A stretch of DNA of 62,595 bases, counting the filler, from Nemertoderma westbladi (Eukaryota; Animalia; Xenacoelomorpha), in assembly GCA_032718475.1 (NCBI GenBank). It is 3 parts of 3 records of this genome, joined end to end, with 100 filler letters (N's around TTAATTAATTAA, not from the genome) between each part and the next. Parts side by side here need not be neighbours in the genome. Positions count along the whole stretch, not along the records: positions 1 to 27,358 come from JAUCBJ010003114.1; 2 more parts are not named here. One strand, written 5' to 3'. Shown piece by piece: positions 11,050 to 23,213 of this stretch (positions within the stretch are counted from its first letter, which is position 1; every line of letters begins with the position of its first letter). The position numbers and the translations under genes are program-made. The notes beneath the pieces are model-generated. The model made no database searches, was not told the origin of the DNA, and was given only the letters and a program-made list of their open reading frames with translations.

Positions 11050-11650
11050 ATTAAGGGATTATAACGTTTAACCAAGTACTGTACGATTGTCGGTAACAGA
11101 TGTAGCCAATAATCACAATATTCAAAAGCTATACGGACGACTTCGGGTTAGCCATGTACTGTACAGTATTTATCCATTATTGACATTATCTGAGTTATGT
11201 ATTTCAAATGGAAATGATGGCCAGTAAATACGTTTTCAATGCCCGGCATTCACCGTCGTACCTTCATGACTTGTTGTTTAGCTGAATGTTGTGGATTACT
11301 TCACCAGAGTCCAGAGTTAATGAGCATGGACGTACAGTGTAGTCTGTCGCTATGTGTAGTTTCGCTGAAATGAGATCCGATTTCCACGAGGTTTTGGTGT
11401 TCTGAAGGTTCTGTAATCTGGACTGGATTGGCCGGAGTTCATCCCCCGGTTTGATCCCTGTCGATTATGACGCAGGCGGAAACGCTAGTTACGGAAAGGT
11501 ATGTCTATTGCATTGGGAGGCGTGTCGCTGTTGGACTGTAATTGACAAACAACAAATCGATAACATTGTTCCCTTGAGGTGCAATGTATGTGTGACTGTG
11601 TGAGAATTTGGCTGGTTGAGCTCATTAAAACCCATTTAAGCGTTTAGAGA
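11050..11650 (-). pseudogene. Decayed LINE fragment (end of APE domain and linker)
   Basis: The minus strand gives TYIAPQGNNVIDLLFVN (about 11535-11595) and YDGECRALK (about 11235-11260). These resemble PTYYCHNGSSEIDLVFSN and WFDKEC in the LINE at 58-60 kb. Confidence 0.45.
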
Positions 11651-12589
11651 GACCATCAGGTCCTGGCCCCTTTCCTTTACAGCCGCACTGTTTTTAAAGT
11701 CGCATCTTTGATACCGGTAATAATAAAGAAAAATGGATAATAATTACAGCATTATTAGAAATAACTTGAATAAACTCCGACGTCCACGCTCCACGCACCC
11801 TGATCAGTACATCTTGGATCGGCAGATCGGGGCACTTTTTCAAAAAATGTTTGGTAGGCCTATTACAATATTATAATATGCCTACTAAATAAGAAGTACA
11901 TCAGTACCGGTACATCGAGCTTATTTGAATTTACCTCTCTCTGTGAGGGTTTTTTCCATCTTCTGATCTTGCTGTCTTGCACACTGTTTAAATTAATATT
12001 AAAGTCTGGTTCGAATCACCCATTGGTTAGAATCGGGATTTGATGCGTAGCCTACATTACATGTAGCCAGCCACCAGCCACCGTATAGGGCTAAACAGTG
12101 GCCAACTGCCAGGGCAGAAAACAAAGAGCAGTCTGATTGATTGTACAGTATTATTGTTTATTTTTATTTAAGACACTCAGTTTAATTTTAAACATTAAAA
12201 TATAAACAGGGGGAACACCACCAAGGTACAAATACCTAATTAGAAGTTATAATTAGATATATAAAATTACACTTACAGGTGGATAAAATACACATTTAAG
12301 TAGAAGGGCAAAGGCAACAGAGAGGGATAAACGCTAAAATACAAACAACAACAATAAAACTACAAAAATAACGAACAAAATAAAACCAAGTAAACAGAGA
12401 TTATATCATCAAGTAAAAAAAACATAATTTGTTTCGAAAGCCATTGATCCTTTTTATAAAATGACAAAATACCAAATTAAGTATTAAAACTATTTGCTAG
12501 ATTAAATATGAATAAAAACAAATAAAAAATAAAACATCTGTACGTGGTTATGCCTAATTTAAAAATCTGTTAAAATGACAATATGGAAA

Positions 12590-12870
12590 TAGAACAACAT
12601 CTTTCAATTTATCAGTAAAAATATTTATATTTGCAGAATTTGACAATTTCTTCGGGTAAGGAATTTCAAATATCTATAGTTCTGTTTGAAAAAGAGTTTT
12701 TTACAATTTGTAGACGGCAAAGCAAAACGATTTGTAAAGCTTACGGTTGTGGCTTCTATTTCTAATATTGTTATTTAAAGTGAAAAAGTCATTAACATTT
12801 AGATCAACATCATATTAAAAATACTATAGGCCCTACACCATTTTTAAATCATAAATATGCATACGTACTT
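12590..12870 (-). pseudogene. CR1-like LINE 3'-end fragment
   Basis: Frameshifted RSHNRKLYK...FSNRTIDI(W)NSLPEEIV...IFTDKL, which matches the typical CR1 ORF2 C-terminus. Confidence 0.55.
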
Positions 12871-12969
12871 CTAGAGGTTGTACAGTAGCTTAAGAAAAAT
12901 CATTCTCTCCATGTAACTACGGCGGCCGAGGTTACAGCGCGTAAAAAGACGCCGGCGGAGATTACCCGT

Positions 12970-13212
12970 ACTTAGTTCCAATTTAAGCCTCATGCGAATT
13001 TAGTTCCAATGGAAACGAATTTAGTTCCAATTTTGGCGAATTTAGTTCCAATTTAGGCGAACTTAGTTCCAATAATTAGAGAAAAACGAAAACGAATTTA
13101 GTTTCAATGCATGTGAACTTATTTCCAATAGATGCGAATTTAGTTCCAATGGTGCGAATTTAGTTCCAATGGTGCGAATTTAGTTCCAATGCAAGCGAAT
13201 TTAGTTCCAATG
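12970..13212. repeat. Tandem repeat of about 20 bp, GCGAATTTAGTTCCAAT
   Basis: About 11 copies of the core with variable short linkers. Confidence 0.85.
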
Positions 13213-14048
13213 TTTCAGGTGTGGGGCGAGCCACGTAGTTGACGACGAATCTGTTTAATGACACTATTAGGTGGATGGTTAAATAATAATTGTAAATAAC
13301 TAACCCAAAACGCCCAACCTCCTAACCAAAACAATATCCCAAACAACGCCCAACCTCTTCCAAACAATTCAATTCAATTAAATTCATTTATATTTAATCA
13401 TTTAAAATGATATTCATAGTAAAAAAACAATGCCCAAAGCTCGTAACCCAGACTACGGTGAAGATCTACATTATGTAATTACATGAAACTAATATAAATG
13501 GTAACACTGTAAACTATTGTCATGAGATGTTTATTTAAATTAGGTATGACACTGGGGATAGCTTTTGAGGCATAGCCTCATTTCCAAAACGGTCCCTGCA
13601 AAGTTATTTCAGGGATGTATTCGCAATGAAGGCTCTATACTCTATAGTCTACCGGTTGTAGATAATGAACTACTGAACATTTGTGTGCAGCTATCTTGAC
13701 CCCTGCCACTCATTAGCCCAAGTCTCTAGTGATTTGAGAGCTTCTGCCAATAAATGGAATTACAGTCAAGTCTTTGATTACAGCTGTATAGTATTACTTT
13801 ACTGCAGTACAGCAGTAGGCTTACTTCTGTGTGCTGTATTCCTGTATTACTGTATTACCGAGGTACTGCTGTACTTAGGTACAGATTGCAGATAGGCCTA
13901 CCTAAATTTCCTCATTTCTGCATTTGATTATCCTGTTATCTTTCTAAGCACCTATTTACATTCTTACTTTATCGAATATCGGTTGGCCTACTTCTGTACT
14001 TTTATTAATCATCACGTCCAATTCTGATAACGACAGAACGTCCAAACG

Positions 14049-14813
14049 ATGGTAAAATTAACTACGGAATTACTCTACCAGGCCGAGCAGTACACCAACC
14101 CAGGGAAAGATCGCGAATTAAGTCTCCGCGGGTACAAGATCGCGTTAATCGAGAACTTGGGAGCCACGATGGACCAATTCGATTCCATAGACTTCTCCGA
14201 CAACGACATCCGTAAAATTGACGGATTTCCGTTGTTCGCTCGCTTACGGTGTCTACTCCTCAACAACAACAGGGTTTCACGAATAGGCGACCAGATCCAC
14301 GAATGTTTGCCAAACATACAGGATATTATCCTAACGAATAATTCGATGCAAGAATTAAGCGAACTCGATTCATTAGTTCCGTGTAAGAAACTCCGTTGTT
14401 TGTGTTTGTTAAGGAACCCTGTAGCGAGTAAACGTCATTATAGACTGTACGTTATACACAAACTGCCACAATTAAAGTTGTTGGACTTCCAGAAAGTTAA
14501 ACAGAGAGAAAGACTTGCCGCAGCCAACTTATTCAAAACGAAACGCGGGAAAACTATACTAGAATCCACCCGTACTAAGAAGGATCGCGTGTTTGTTCCG
14601 GGGGATCCTGTGGATCCGTTGACTGAGACGAAATCCGCGGCCGATGTTGCGCGGATCCGGGAAGCTATCGCGGCGGCGTCCACCCTCGACGAGGTTGAGA
14701 AACTTAACGCCCTGCTGCAGGCGGGTCAGATACCGGGAGGAAAGGACTCCAAGACGGGGGCCGGAAAGTCGGCAGACACGGAGATCGAAAACGTGGAGGA
14801 AATGGAATCGTGA
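14049..14813 (+). CDS. SNRPA1: U2 snRNP protein A' (LRR protein)
   Basis: MVKLT.EL..A.QYTNP..DRELSLRGYKI..IENLGATMDQFDSIDFSDNDIRKIDGFP, LRR cap YRLYVIHKLPQLKLLDFQKVK, and C-terminal IREAIAAASTLDEVEKL..LLQAGQIPG. Intronless, with AATAAA at about 14937. Confidence 0.97.
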   Translation: MVKLTTELLYQAEQYTNPGKDRELSLRGYKIALIENLGATMDQFDSIDFSDNDIRKIDGFPLFARLRCLLLNNNRVSRIGDQIHECLPNIQDIILTNNSMQELSELDSLVPCKKLRCLCLLRNPVASKRHYRLYVIHKLPQLKLLDFQKVKQRERLAAANLFKTKRGKTILESTRTKKDRVFVPGDPVDPLTETKSAADVARIREAIAAASTLDEVEKLNALLQAGQIPGGKDSKTGAGKSADTEIENVEEMES

Positions 14814-15489
14814 CCTAATCTCCTGCAATCGCGTGACGTACCGGTAGTCTGTCTATGAATTATGCTGTTACCTGTCTTCGCACTGTTATACTTAAGCCTA
14901 TACATATACACAAATAGTTTCTATACATAATAGAGAAATAAAATAAATCGATATTTAATTGTTTTCAAGGTCGTTGAACTATGCAAAATTGTTCTATATG
15001 ACATTCTTTATGCTATGAAAAGAAATAAAGTGACTACCATATATAACCTTATTTTATTGCTTCATATCTGCCAACATTTACATTAAATTGTTTATCAAAT
15101 AGGGGAAAATGGAAACACTTAACAAGGTACACCGTGACAAGGTGAGATGTTAGGTGGGATTTGACTGCCGATATAAAAATAAATGTTTACTAGGCCATCT
15201 AGGTTTTATTTCATTAGGCAAAGCTTTCAATCTTTTATCGTTAAAAAATAAAGTTTCAGTTTAAAAAGATTTACAATTACGTAGCTAAAAGTTTGATGCA
15301 CTAGTTCTGGCACTGTAAGAATGTGTATCCCGCACTCTTTGATTTTTTGTTTTAGGTGATTTGGACATTTACTACTTTATGCACAATGCATAAGGATATG
15401 TTTATGGTCATAAATCACAATCACACCTAATCACACAAAAAATATATTTTTTTAAAACGTATAGCGGGTCCAAATGTTATGATCCTTGG

Positions 15490-15631
15490 CATGGTTCAAT
15501 ATATACGTCATTGTTCACTATATACGCCATTGTTCAATATATACGTCATTGTTCACTATATACGCCATTGTTCACTATATACGTCATTGTTCACTATATA
15601 CGTCATTGTTCACTATATACGTCATTGTTCA
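15490..15631. repeat. 21-bp tandem repeat TTCACTATATACGTCATTG
   Basis: About 6.5 near-identical copies. Confidence 0.85.
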
Positions 15632-15727
15632 TAAGATACGATAGCACTTTATAGCCTTACGGGAAGAGTGATTTTCTATTCGTACATGAACTGTATAGTG
15701 TTTATTCATACATTTAGCGGGATATAA

Positions 15728-17626
15728 GGCCCCCCTCACACGGAGCAACTTGTTTCTGAAACTTGTTGCTGGACTCCTTCCTCACACACAGAAACAAGTT
15801 GCAGCAACTTGTTACTGGACTCCTCACACACAGAAATAAGTTTCGGAAACAAGTTGCAGCAACTTGTTGCTGGACTCCTCACACACAGAAACAAGTTTCG
15901 GAAACAAGTTGCAGCAACTTGTTGCTGGACTCCTCACACACAGAAACAAGTTGCAGCAACTTGTTACTGGACTCCTCACACACAGAAATAAGTTTCGGAA
16001 ACAAGTTGCAGCAACTTGTTGCTGGACTCCTCACACACAGAAACAAGTTTCGGAAACAAGTTGCAGCAACTTGTTGCTGGACTCCTCACACACAGAAACA
16101 AGTTGCAGCAACTTGTTACTGGACTCCTCACACACAGAAATAAGTTTCGGAAACAAGTTGCAGCAACTTGTTGCTGCACTCCTCACACACAGAAACAAGT
16201 TTCGGAAACAAGTTGCAGCAACTTGTTGCTGGACTCCTCACACACAGAAACAAGTTGCAGCAACTTGTTGCTGGACTCCTCACACACAGAAACAAGTTTC
16301 GGAAACAAGTTGCAGCAACTTGTTGCTGGACTCCTCACACACAGAAACAAGTTGCAGCAACTTGTTGCTGGACTCCTCACACACAGAAATAAGTTTTGGA
16401 AACAAGTTGCAGCAACTTGTTGCTGCACTCCTCACACACAGAAATAAGTTTTGGAAACAAGTTGCAGCAACTTGTTGCTGCACTCCTCACACACAGAAAT
16501 AAGTTTTGGAAACAAGTTGCAGCAACTTGTTGCTGCACTCCTCACACACAGAAACAAGTTTCGGAAACAAGTTGCAGCAACTTGTTGCTGGACTCCTCAC
16601 AGACAGAAATAAGTTTCGGAAACAAGTTGCAGCAACTTGTTGCTGGACTCCTCACACACAGAAACAAGTTTCGGAAACAAGTTGCAGCAACTTGTTGCAG
16701 CAACTTGTTGCTGGACTCCTCACATACAGAAACAAGTTTCGGAAACAAGTTGCAGCAACTTGTTGCTGGACTCCTCACACACAGAAATAAGTTTCGGAAA
16801 CAAGTTGCAGCAACTTGTTGCTGGACTCCTCACACACAGAAACAAGTTTCGGAAACAAGTTGCAGCAACTTGTTGCTGGACTCCTCACACACAGAAACAA
16901 GTTGCAGCAACTTGTTGCTGGACTCCTCACACACAGAAATAAGTTTTGGAAACAAGTTGCAGCAACTTGTTGCTGCACTCCTCACACACAGAAATAAGTT
17001 TTGGAAACAAGTTGCAGCAACTTGTTGCTGCACTCCTCACACACAGAAATAAGTTTTGGAAACAAGTTGCAGCAACTTGTTGCTGCACTCCTCACACACA
17101 GAAACAAGTTTCGGAAACAAGTTGCAGCAACTTGTTGCTGGACTCCTCACAGACAGAAATAAGTTTCGGAAACAAGTTGCAGCAACTTGTTGCTGGACTC
17201 CTCACACACAGAAACAAGTTTCGGAAACAAGTTGCAGCAACTTGTTGCAGCAACTTGTTGCTGGACTCCTCACATACAGAAACAAGTTTCGGAAACAAGT
17301 TGCAGCAACTTGTTGCTGGACTCCTCACACACAGAAATAAGTTTCGGAAACAAGTTGCAGCAACTTGTTGCTGGACTCCTCACACACAGAAATAAGTTTC
17401 GGAAACAAGTTGCAGCAACTTGTTGCTGGACTCCTCACACACAGAAACAAGTTTCGGAAACAAGTTGCAGCAACTTGTTGCTGGACTCCTCATATACAGA
17501 AACAAGTTTCGGAAACAAGTTGCAGCAACAAGTTTCTGTGTGTGAGGGGGTCCTGCAACAAGTTTCTGTGTGTGAGGGGGTCCAGCAACAAGTTTCAGAA
17601 ACAAGTTGCTCCGTGTGAGGGGGGCC
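15728..17626. mobile_element. PIF/Harbinger-type MITE with an internally expanded 55/42-bp tandem array
   Basis: The TIR GGCCCCCCTCACACGGAGCAACTTGTTTCTGAAACTTGTTGCTGGAC is mirrored at the right end. Flanks are TAA and TTA. The internal unit is CTTGTTGCTGGACTCCTCACACACAGAAACAAGTTTCGGAAACAAGTTGCAGCAA. Confidence 0.8.
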
Positions 17627-17928
17627 TTAGTGTGATTTTACAATCATTCCCGCTAAATTGCTAAAGTACCTACTAATAAGTATTACAGTGCTAGTAATTT
17701 TAATTTTGTGTTAGCTATTAGTTTTTATTAAAATTATAATTTAATCCACAATTAAATTTGTCTGGAATAATATATGTATCATGGTAGCTAGTAATTTTTA
17801 TTAAATAGTCAGAGTAGCATGTAATTATTTACTAGCTAGTATTTTTTATACAAAATATAGATGGCTCCCAAAATACAGTATTTTTTTTAATACGGCTTGT
17901 ATAACGGGTACGATAACTGTAACGGATA

Positions 17929-18540
17929 TTGGGCACACACCCCTAAACATTTTTAAAATAGCTAGTTTTTGTTACTTTTTTTTTAAAAATATGTTCTACA
18001 ACAAATAATTGTTGTTCTGGAACAAAATTAATTAATTACTTTTTTAAAAATGTTCTAGAACATATCATCTATTCATTTTTGTAAAAAGTAATGTTCTAGA
18101 ACAAATATTTTTTGTTCTAGAACATTTAAAAAAATTGTTTTTTTTGTCGTGTTTTTTATATTAGTGTTAAAAACAATTACTAAGAACTTCTGTACCAATT
18201 TTCAATATTTTCAATTTCCAATTTTCAATAATCAATCAAATATAAAGATTAACAAATTAGCTAGTTTTGTCTATTTTTATGTTCTAGAACAAAAAATATT
18301 TGTTCTAGAACAAAAAATATTTGTTCTAGAACAAAAATTATTTGTTCTTGAACAAAAAATATTTGTTCTAGAATAAAAAATATTTGTTCTAGAACAAAAA
18401 ATATTTGTTCTAGAACGAAAAATATTTGTTCAAGAACAAAATATTTATATTAAATGAATAGAATATGCTCTAGGTCATTTTTTTAAAAAAAGCAACAAAA
18501 ACTAGCTAGTATAAAAATTTTGAGGGGGGTGTGTGCCCAA
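17929..18540. mobile_element. Fold-back MITE with internal 21-bp GTTCTAGAACAAAAAATATTT repeats
   Basis: Inverted ends TTGGGCACACACCCCT...CTAGTTTTTGTT and AACAAAAACTAG...GGGGGTGTGTGCCCAA. Tandem unit at about 18280-18440. Confidence 0.65.
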
Positions 18541-19539
18541 AACACAGTATCACCTATAAATAAGTAACGATCAATGTACTATTTAATTTATTTTTCGAAA
18601 AAAATGTTCTAGAACAAAGAAAGTGTTCTAGAACCTTATTGATAGCTAACATGTTCTAGGACATTAATTAAAAAGTAGCAAACACTAGCTAGTTTAAAAA
18701 ATTTGCTCAACTCAGAAATCAGCCACTCAGACAATAGAAATAACCTTATTATACTGTATATTAGCCAAAATAGATGTCCACCTTATTACATATGTGTGAT
18801 AGCAAGCGGTTAGCATTAGGGATATTGGCATCCTGAATAAGAAGAATACAGTACAGTAATAAACAACATAATTAACATTCTACTGTATTGCTGTACCGCA
18901 GTACCGGTATTGTTGAAATAGCGGGCAGCTAGCTGAAGAGCTTCCATCAGTATACGTATTCTATAAATCTTTCCATACCCTGTATAGCAGTGGTTGTTCA
19001 CTGTTGTCTCCTAATGGGGTAGACGACTCGGAATTTTTTTTAGAGTTTTCGTTGGTTTCATGTGAAAGAGCATGTGAAAAAACCCCAGAGAGCAATTTTA
19101 CTTCAAAAAAAAATAACATTGGCCGAGTTATAGCGATTTTAAAACGCAAAATTAGCAACATCGAAAAATCAGGCCGTTTCTTTTGATAAGATTGTGGATT
19201 CGCACTTTTTCGATTGCAATTATTTTTATACAAGTTAAATTATTATTGAATTCCAAATAGCATTATTGATAGTTATCAATAATTCTAGAACAGTTCAGTT
19301 GTAGCGAACTCCTAGCTAACTCAAAATATATTTGCCTACTACTGCACATTATTACGGACAGTAGCTGCATTTATACTAAAAATAATATATCCACTAAAGT
19401 ACATCAAATAAAGTGATATGTAGCAAATATAGAATAGGCCTAATTATTGACAAGGTCACAAATGCCAAAAGACGCCCACGTAATGGGGTTCGTCAAGTGC
19501 GACAAAATAATATTAAGGTGTGCCAAAATGCCCCAATAA

Positions 19540-20270
19540 TTCCCCAAATAATTAGAAGAAAGCTGTGGTTCACCAAATCTGGGAGACGCGATGCCGAGAA
19601 CCCAAACTTAAGTACACGTATCTACTTCTGCGAGGATCATGTTTAAGGTGAGCTTTTAATTTCATTTGTCAATAAAATGTGTTTCCAATATGGCTTTCAA
19701 AAGCCACTTAAGCAATAGTTTTTAAATTTAAATTCAAAACGTTGGTACGTTTGGTATTAGAGTGATTTAGGCACAAAACACTCTTCCACCATCCCTCTTC
19801 CAAATGTTTTATACTACAGTAGCTAGTTTTTGTTCTTTTTTTTTTTAAAACTGTTCAATTTTTACATGTTAGCTAATATTTTATTTAATATTCCAAAAAA
19901 GTAACAAAACTAGGTAGTATAAATCTTTCAGGGGATGCGTCTCCATGCCCCAGTAGTATCGGCACCGGTGCCAATATTGTGGTACCGCCTAAGTTAATAG
20001 AAATTATTAATTTAATAAAATAAATCAAATATAAAATACCATGGGACCGCAATTTCTTTATTTATTTTATATATTTTTTAAATCTATTTTAATTTCAAGT
20101 ACTATAGTGTATATTATTGTTAATTTTATAGCTGGAATCTGATTATGTAAATTACGCAATGTCAACGAGAAACGCACCTGATCCATCACTCCTTTACATC
20201 AAACGAGATTGTGTACCAACTTTGTTTGAATGTAATAGAAAAACAATAAAGAGAAGGCAAGCAGATGATA
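19540..20270 (+). pseudogene. Spliced THAP-domain remnant
   Basis: Exon 1 reads RRKLWFTKSGRRD...IYFCEDH with a GT donor at 19648. The AG acceptor is at 20130-20131, and exon 2 reads LESDYVNY...IKRDCVPTLFEC. There is a frameshift/stop at DH. Confidence 0.65.
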
Positions 20271-20630
20271 GGCCCTATGTGTGCATCGCCTTGGAAGCAA
20301 ATACTACAACAATTATGGTAATCCATTTTCATGTTTTGATGTTGGACATTTTACTTCTACCACATGCGTTGGTGTATTGGCATCTGGGGAGGCACCAAGG
20401 AAAGGATATACCTTAATGAGTTTCAACCCTGGGTGTTTCTTAATATCATTCCCTTTAAAAGTAGATATTCTTCTTAACACAGGGTCTTCAAGGTCTCTGC
20501 CCCTTTTCTTGGCCTGTGTCTCTTTCAATCCCTTTGCTCCTATTGAATATAAATTGTAGTTATAAATTAGTACAATTAATTGAGTGGTTATATGGGGTGA
20601 GTACAAAACAAAGACCAATGACCTAATTAA

Positions 20631-22991
20631 GGCCCCCCTCACACGGAGCAACTTGTTTCTGCAACTTGTTTCTGAAACTTGTTGCTGGACCCCCTCACAC
20701 ACATAAACTTGTTGCTGGACCCCTCACACACAGAAACTTGTTGCTGCACAGGAGCTAATAAACCAACAGGTTGATGCCATCAATGATGCTGACGACAGCA
20801 GGCAATCATCCCAGGCATGGAGATCGATTAACTTGCTTGCTGGTCGAAAAAGCCAACCAACCACCAAGGTTAAGGCTGAATCACCAGCCGATCGCCTCAA
20901 TGGTTGGAAGGCCCACTTTGAAAAGCTCCTCAATAATGACAGGGTATTGCTTGATAACTTTATAGAAGTAAAAGTGTCTGAGTCTGTACTCCCAGATACT
21001 CCCATTGGTGATATCTCCTTTGCAGAAGTGAAAGCTGCTGCAAAGAGCATTAAGACCAATCGTGCCAGTGGAGTAGATGGTGTTCCCCCTGAGGTCTTTA
21101 AAATACCTGAGTGTTTAAAGCTCATCTATCCCATCATAGTAGACATGTACCGTACAACAAGAGTCCCACAAGAAATGAAAACAAATAAGTTGGTGCCAGT
21201 TCCCAAGAAGGGCAACCTAACACTCTATGGTTCTTTTCGGGGAATCTCATTGATCTCAATTGCTGCAAAGCTATACAATAGAATTATATTAAATCGCATC
21301 AGAGATCCCATTGAGAGACTGCTCCGTGGAAATTAGAATGGGTTCCGTAAAGGTCGTGGGACCATGGAGCCCATTTTGGCACTTAGAAGGATAATTGAAG
21401 AGTTATCAAAAAAGAAAGACAGGCATCTGGCTGTTATCTTTGTTGACTTCTTCAAGGCCTTTGATTCAGTCTCTCGCTCACGTATGTTCAGCATACTTTC
21501 ATTATATGGGATTCCTGATGAAATTATTGCAGCAATCAGATCAGTATACGATGGTTCGACAACATTTGTGTCTACTGTTGACGGTGACACAGAACCATTT
21601 GAAGTGTTATGGGGCGTCCTCCAGGGAGACACACTTGCACCATTCTTGTTCATAATTGTTGTTGACTATGTTCTACGCATGTCCTTAGATCATTATAATG
21701 ATGATGGGGTGATGATAACTCCACCTACTGGCTCCAGAAGTCGAGGAAATCCTGCCAAGTACCTAACTGATCTAGACTTTGCTGATGACTTAGGAGTACT
21801 CTCAGAATCACTAGAGGGAGCCCAACGGCTCCTCAGCTCATTAGAACATGCTGCTTCTAGTGTTGGTCTTTTTATTAACTCCAGAAAGACCAAAATTTTG
21901 ACAGTTAACTTTGAAAGTCCTCAGCAAGTCTCTGATCGGATGAGCATAAGCTCAAAAGATGGTATGCTTGAGCATGTGGATGACTTCTGTTACCTGGGAT
22001 CATGGATCCGGAAGTCAGGTGAGGACCTTCGAATACGTAAGGGAAAGGCATGGGCAGCCTTGAATAGGCTTTCCAGGATTTGGAAGTCACCGAGAATTAA
22101 TCGGAAACTTAAGGTCCGGTTATTTAGAGCAGCAGTAGTTCCAGTACTCCTCTATGGGAGTCCATGCTGAGCTCTAACTGCTGAGGACACAAAATCTCTG
22201 GATGGCACATTCACAAGAATGCTACGCCGGGTTCATTGTGTCAAGTTCAATGCACACATCTCCAACCAGACACTATATAACATTGGAGGTGTCTCATTGG
22301 TTCCCCCAAGCTTGACACTAGAACAAAATCGCCTCCGCTTTGCAGGACATTGCTTTCGCCGTGAGGACCAGCCAGTGCATAATCTTGTACTTTGGCAGCC
22401 TCATGGAGTGAATAAGCATGGTGGACAGCCCATGACTTTCTTGAGACGCACCTTAAAGGACACTGGCCTTGAAGATGCGGATGATCTAGCAAATGTCATG
22501 GGTGATAGGGAGTTATGGCAGTGCAATTTTGTCGATAAGCCGGCACAGCATTCTTAAAAATGCAGCTGCAATGCAGCATGCCGATCCTAGTAGTAGTAGT
22601 GTTGCTGCAACTTGTTTCTGCAAGTTGTTTCCGAAACTTGTTTCTGCAACTTGTTGCTGGCCCCCCCTCACACACAGAAACTTGTTGCTCAAGAAAATAA
22701 CAATTATTTCAAAACAAATAGCTAACTAACATGTCCAGTCATTTATATATAATATCAAATCACTCAAATTATCGAATATTAGTTCTAATATAAAAATTGG
22801 ATGTAAAAAAGGTTTTTAAAAAAGTTGCTGGGAATATACTGTAACTTCCAGCAACTTGTTGCTGGACCCCCTCACACACAGAAATAAGTTTCGGAAACAA
22901 GTTGCAGCAACAAGTTTCTCTGTGTGAGGGGGTCCAGCAACAAGTTTCAGAAACAAGTTGCAGAAACAAGTTGATCCGTGTGAGGGGGGCC
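20631..22991. mobile_element. Second copy of the Harbinger-type MITE, split by an RTE insertion
   Basis: Same GGCCCCCCTCACACGG TIR, with a perfect TAA target-site duplication (20628-20630 and 22992-22994). Confidence 0.85.
20749..22599 (+). mobile_element. 5'-truncated RTE-clade LINE (RT region, two nonsense stops)
   Basis: VPVPKKG, FRGISL, NGFR, FVDFFKAFDSV, GVLQGDTLAPFLF, DLDFADD, FCYLGS, RLRFAGH. (TAG)n tail at 22588-22599. 10-bp TSD TGTTGCTGCA at 20739-20748 and 22600-22609. Confidence 0.9.
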
Positions 22992-23018
22992 TAAGTAATC
23001 TGCATAATCTTGTAGCAT

Positions 23019-23213
23019 GTGTTAACTTTCGTTTATTGTTTTGGTTCCCCGAACACGCCTCTGTAACCTTCTCCTTTAAATGGCAATGGGACCTGTACAA
23101 AACAAAGAGATAAAGTCGCGTTAGGTCCCATTGCCATTTAAAGAAGCAGGTTAGTAATGGAGCCGGTTACATAAGGCGTGTTTGGGGAACCAAAACAATA
23201 AACGAACGCTAAC
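23019..23213. mobile_element. Short hairpin MITE
   Basis: TTCGTTTATTGTTTTGGTTCCCC..TTTAAATGGCAATGGGACCT is mirrored by AGGTCCCATTGCCATTTAAA..GGGGAACCAAAACAATAAACGAA. Related fragments occur near 32970, 36070 and 55020. Confidence 0.7.

Noticed and set aside
12970-13212. Short repeats with variable linkers, CRISPR-like
   Set aside because: The linkers are only a few nt long, so this is an ordinary minisatellite or subterminal repeat.
15763-17664. Many overlapping ORFs (LLDSSHTET..., QVAATCC...)
   Set aside because: They are translations of the 55/42-bp tandem array inside a MITE.
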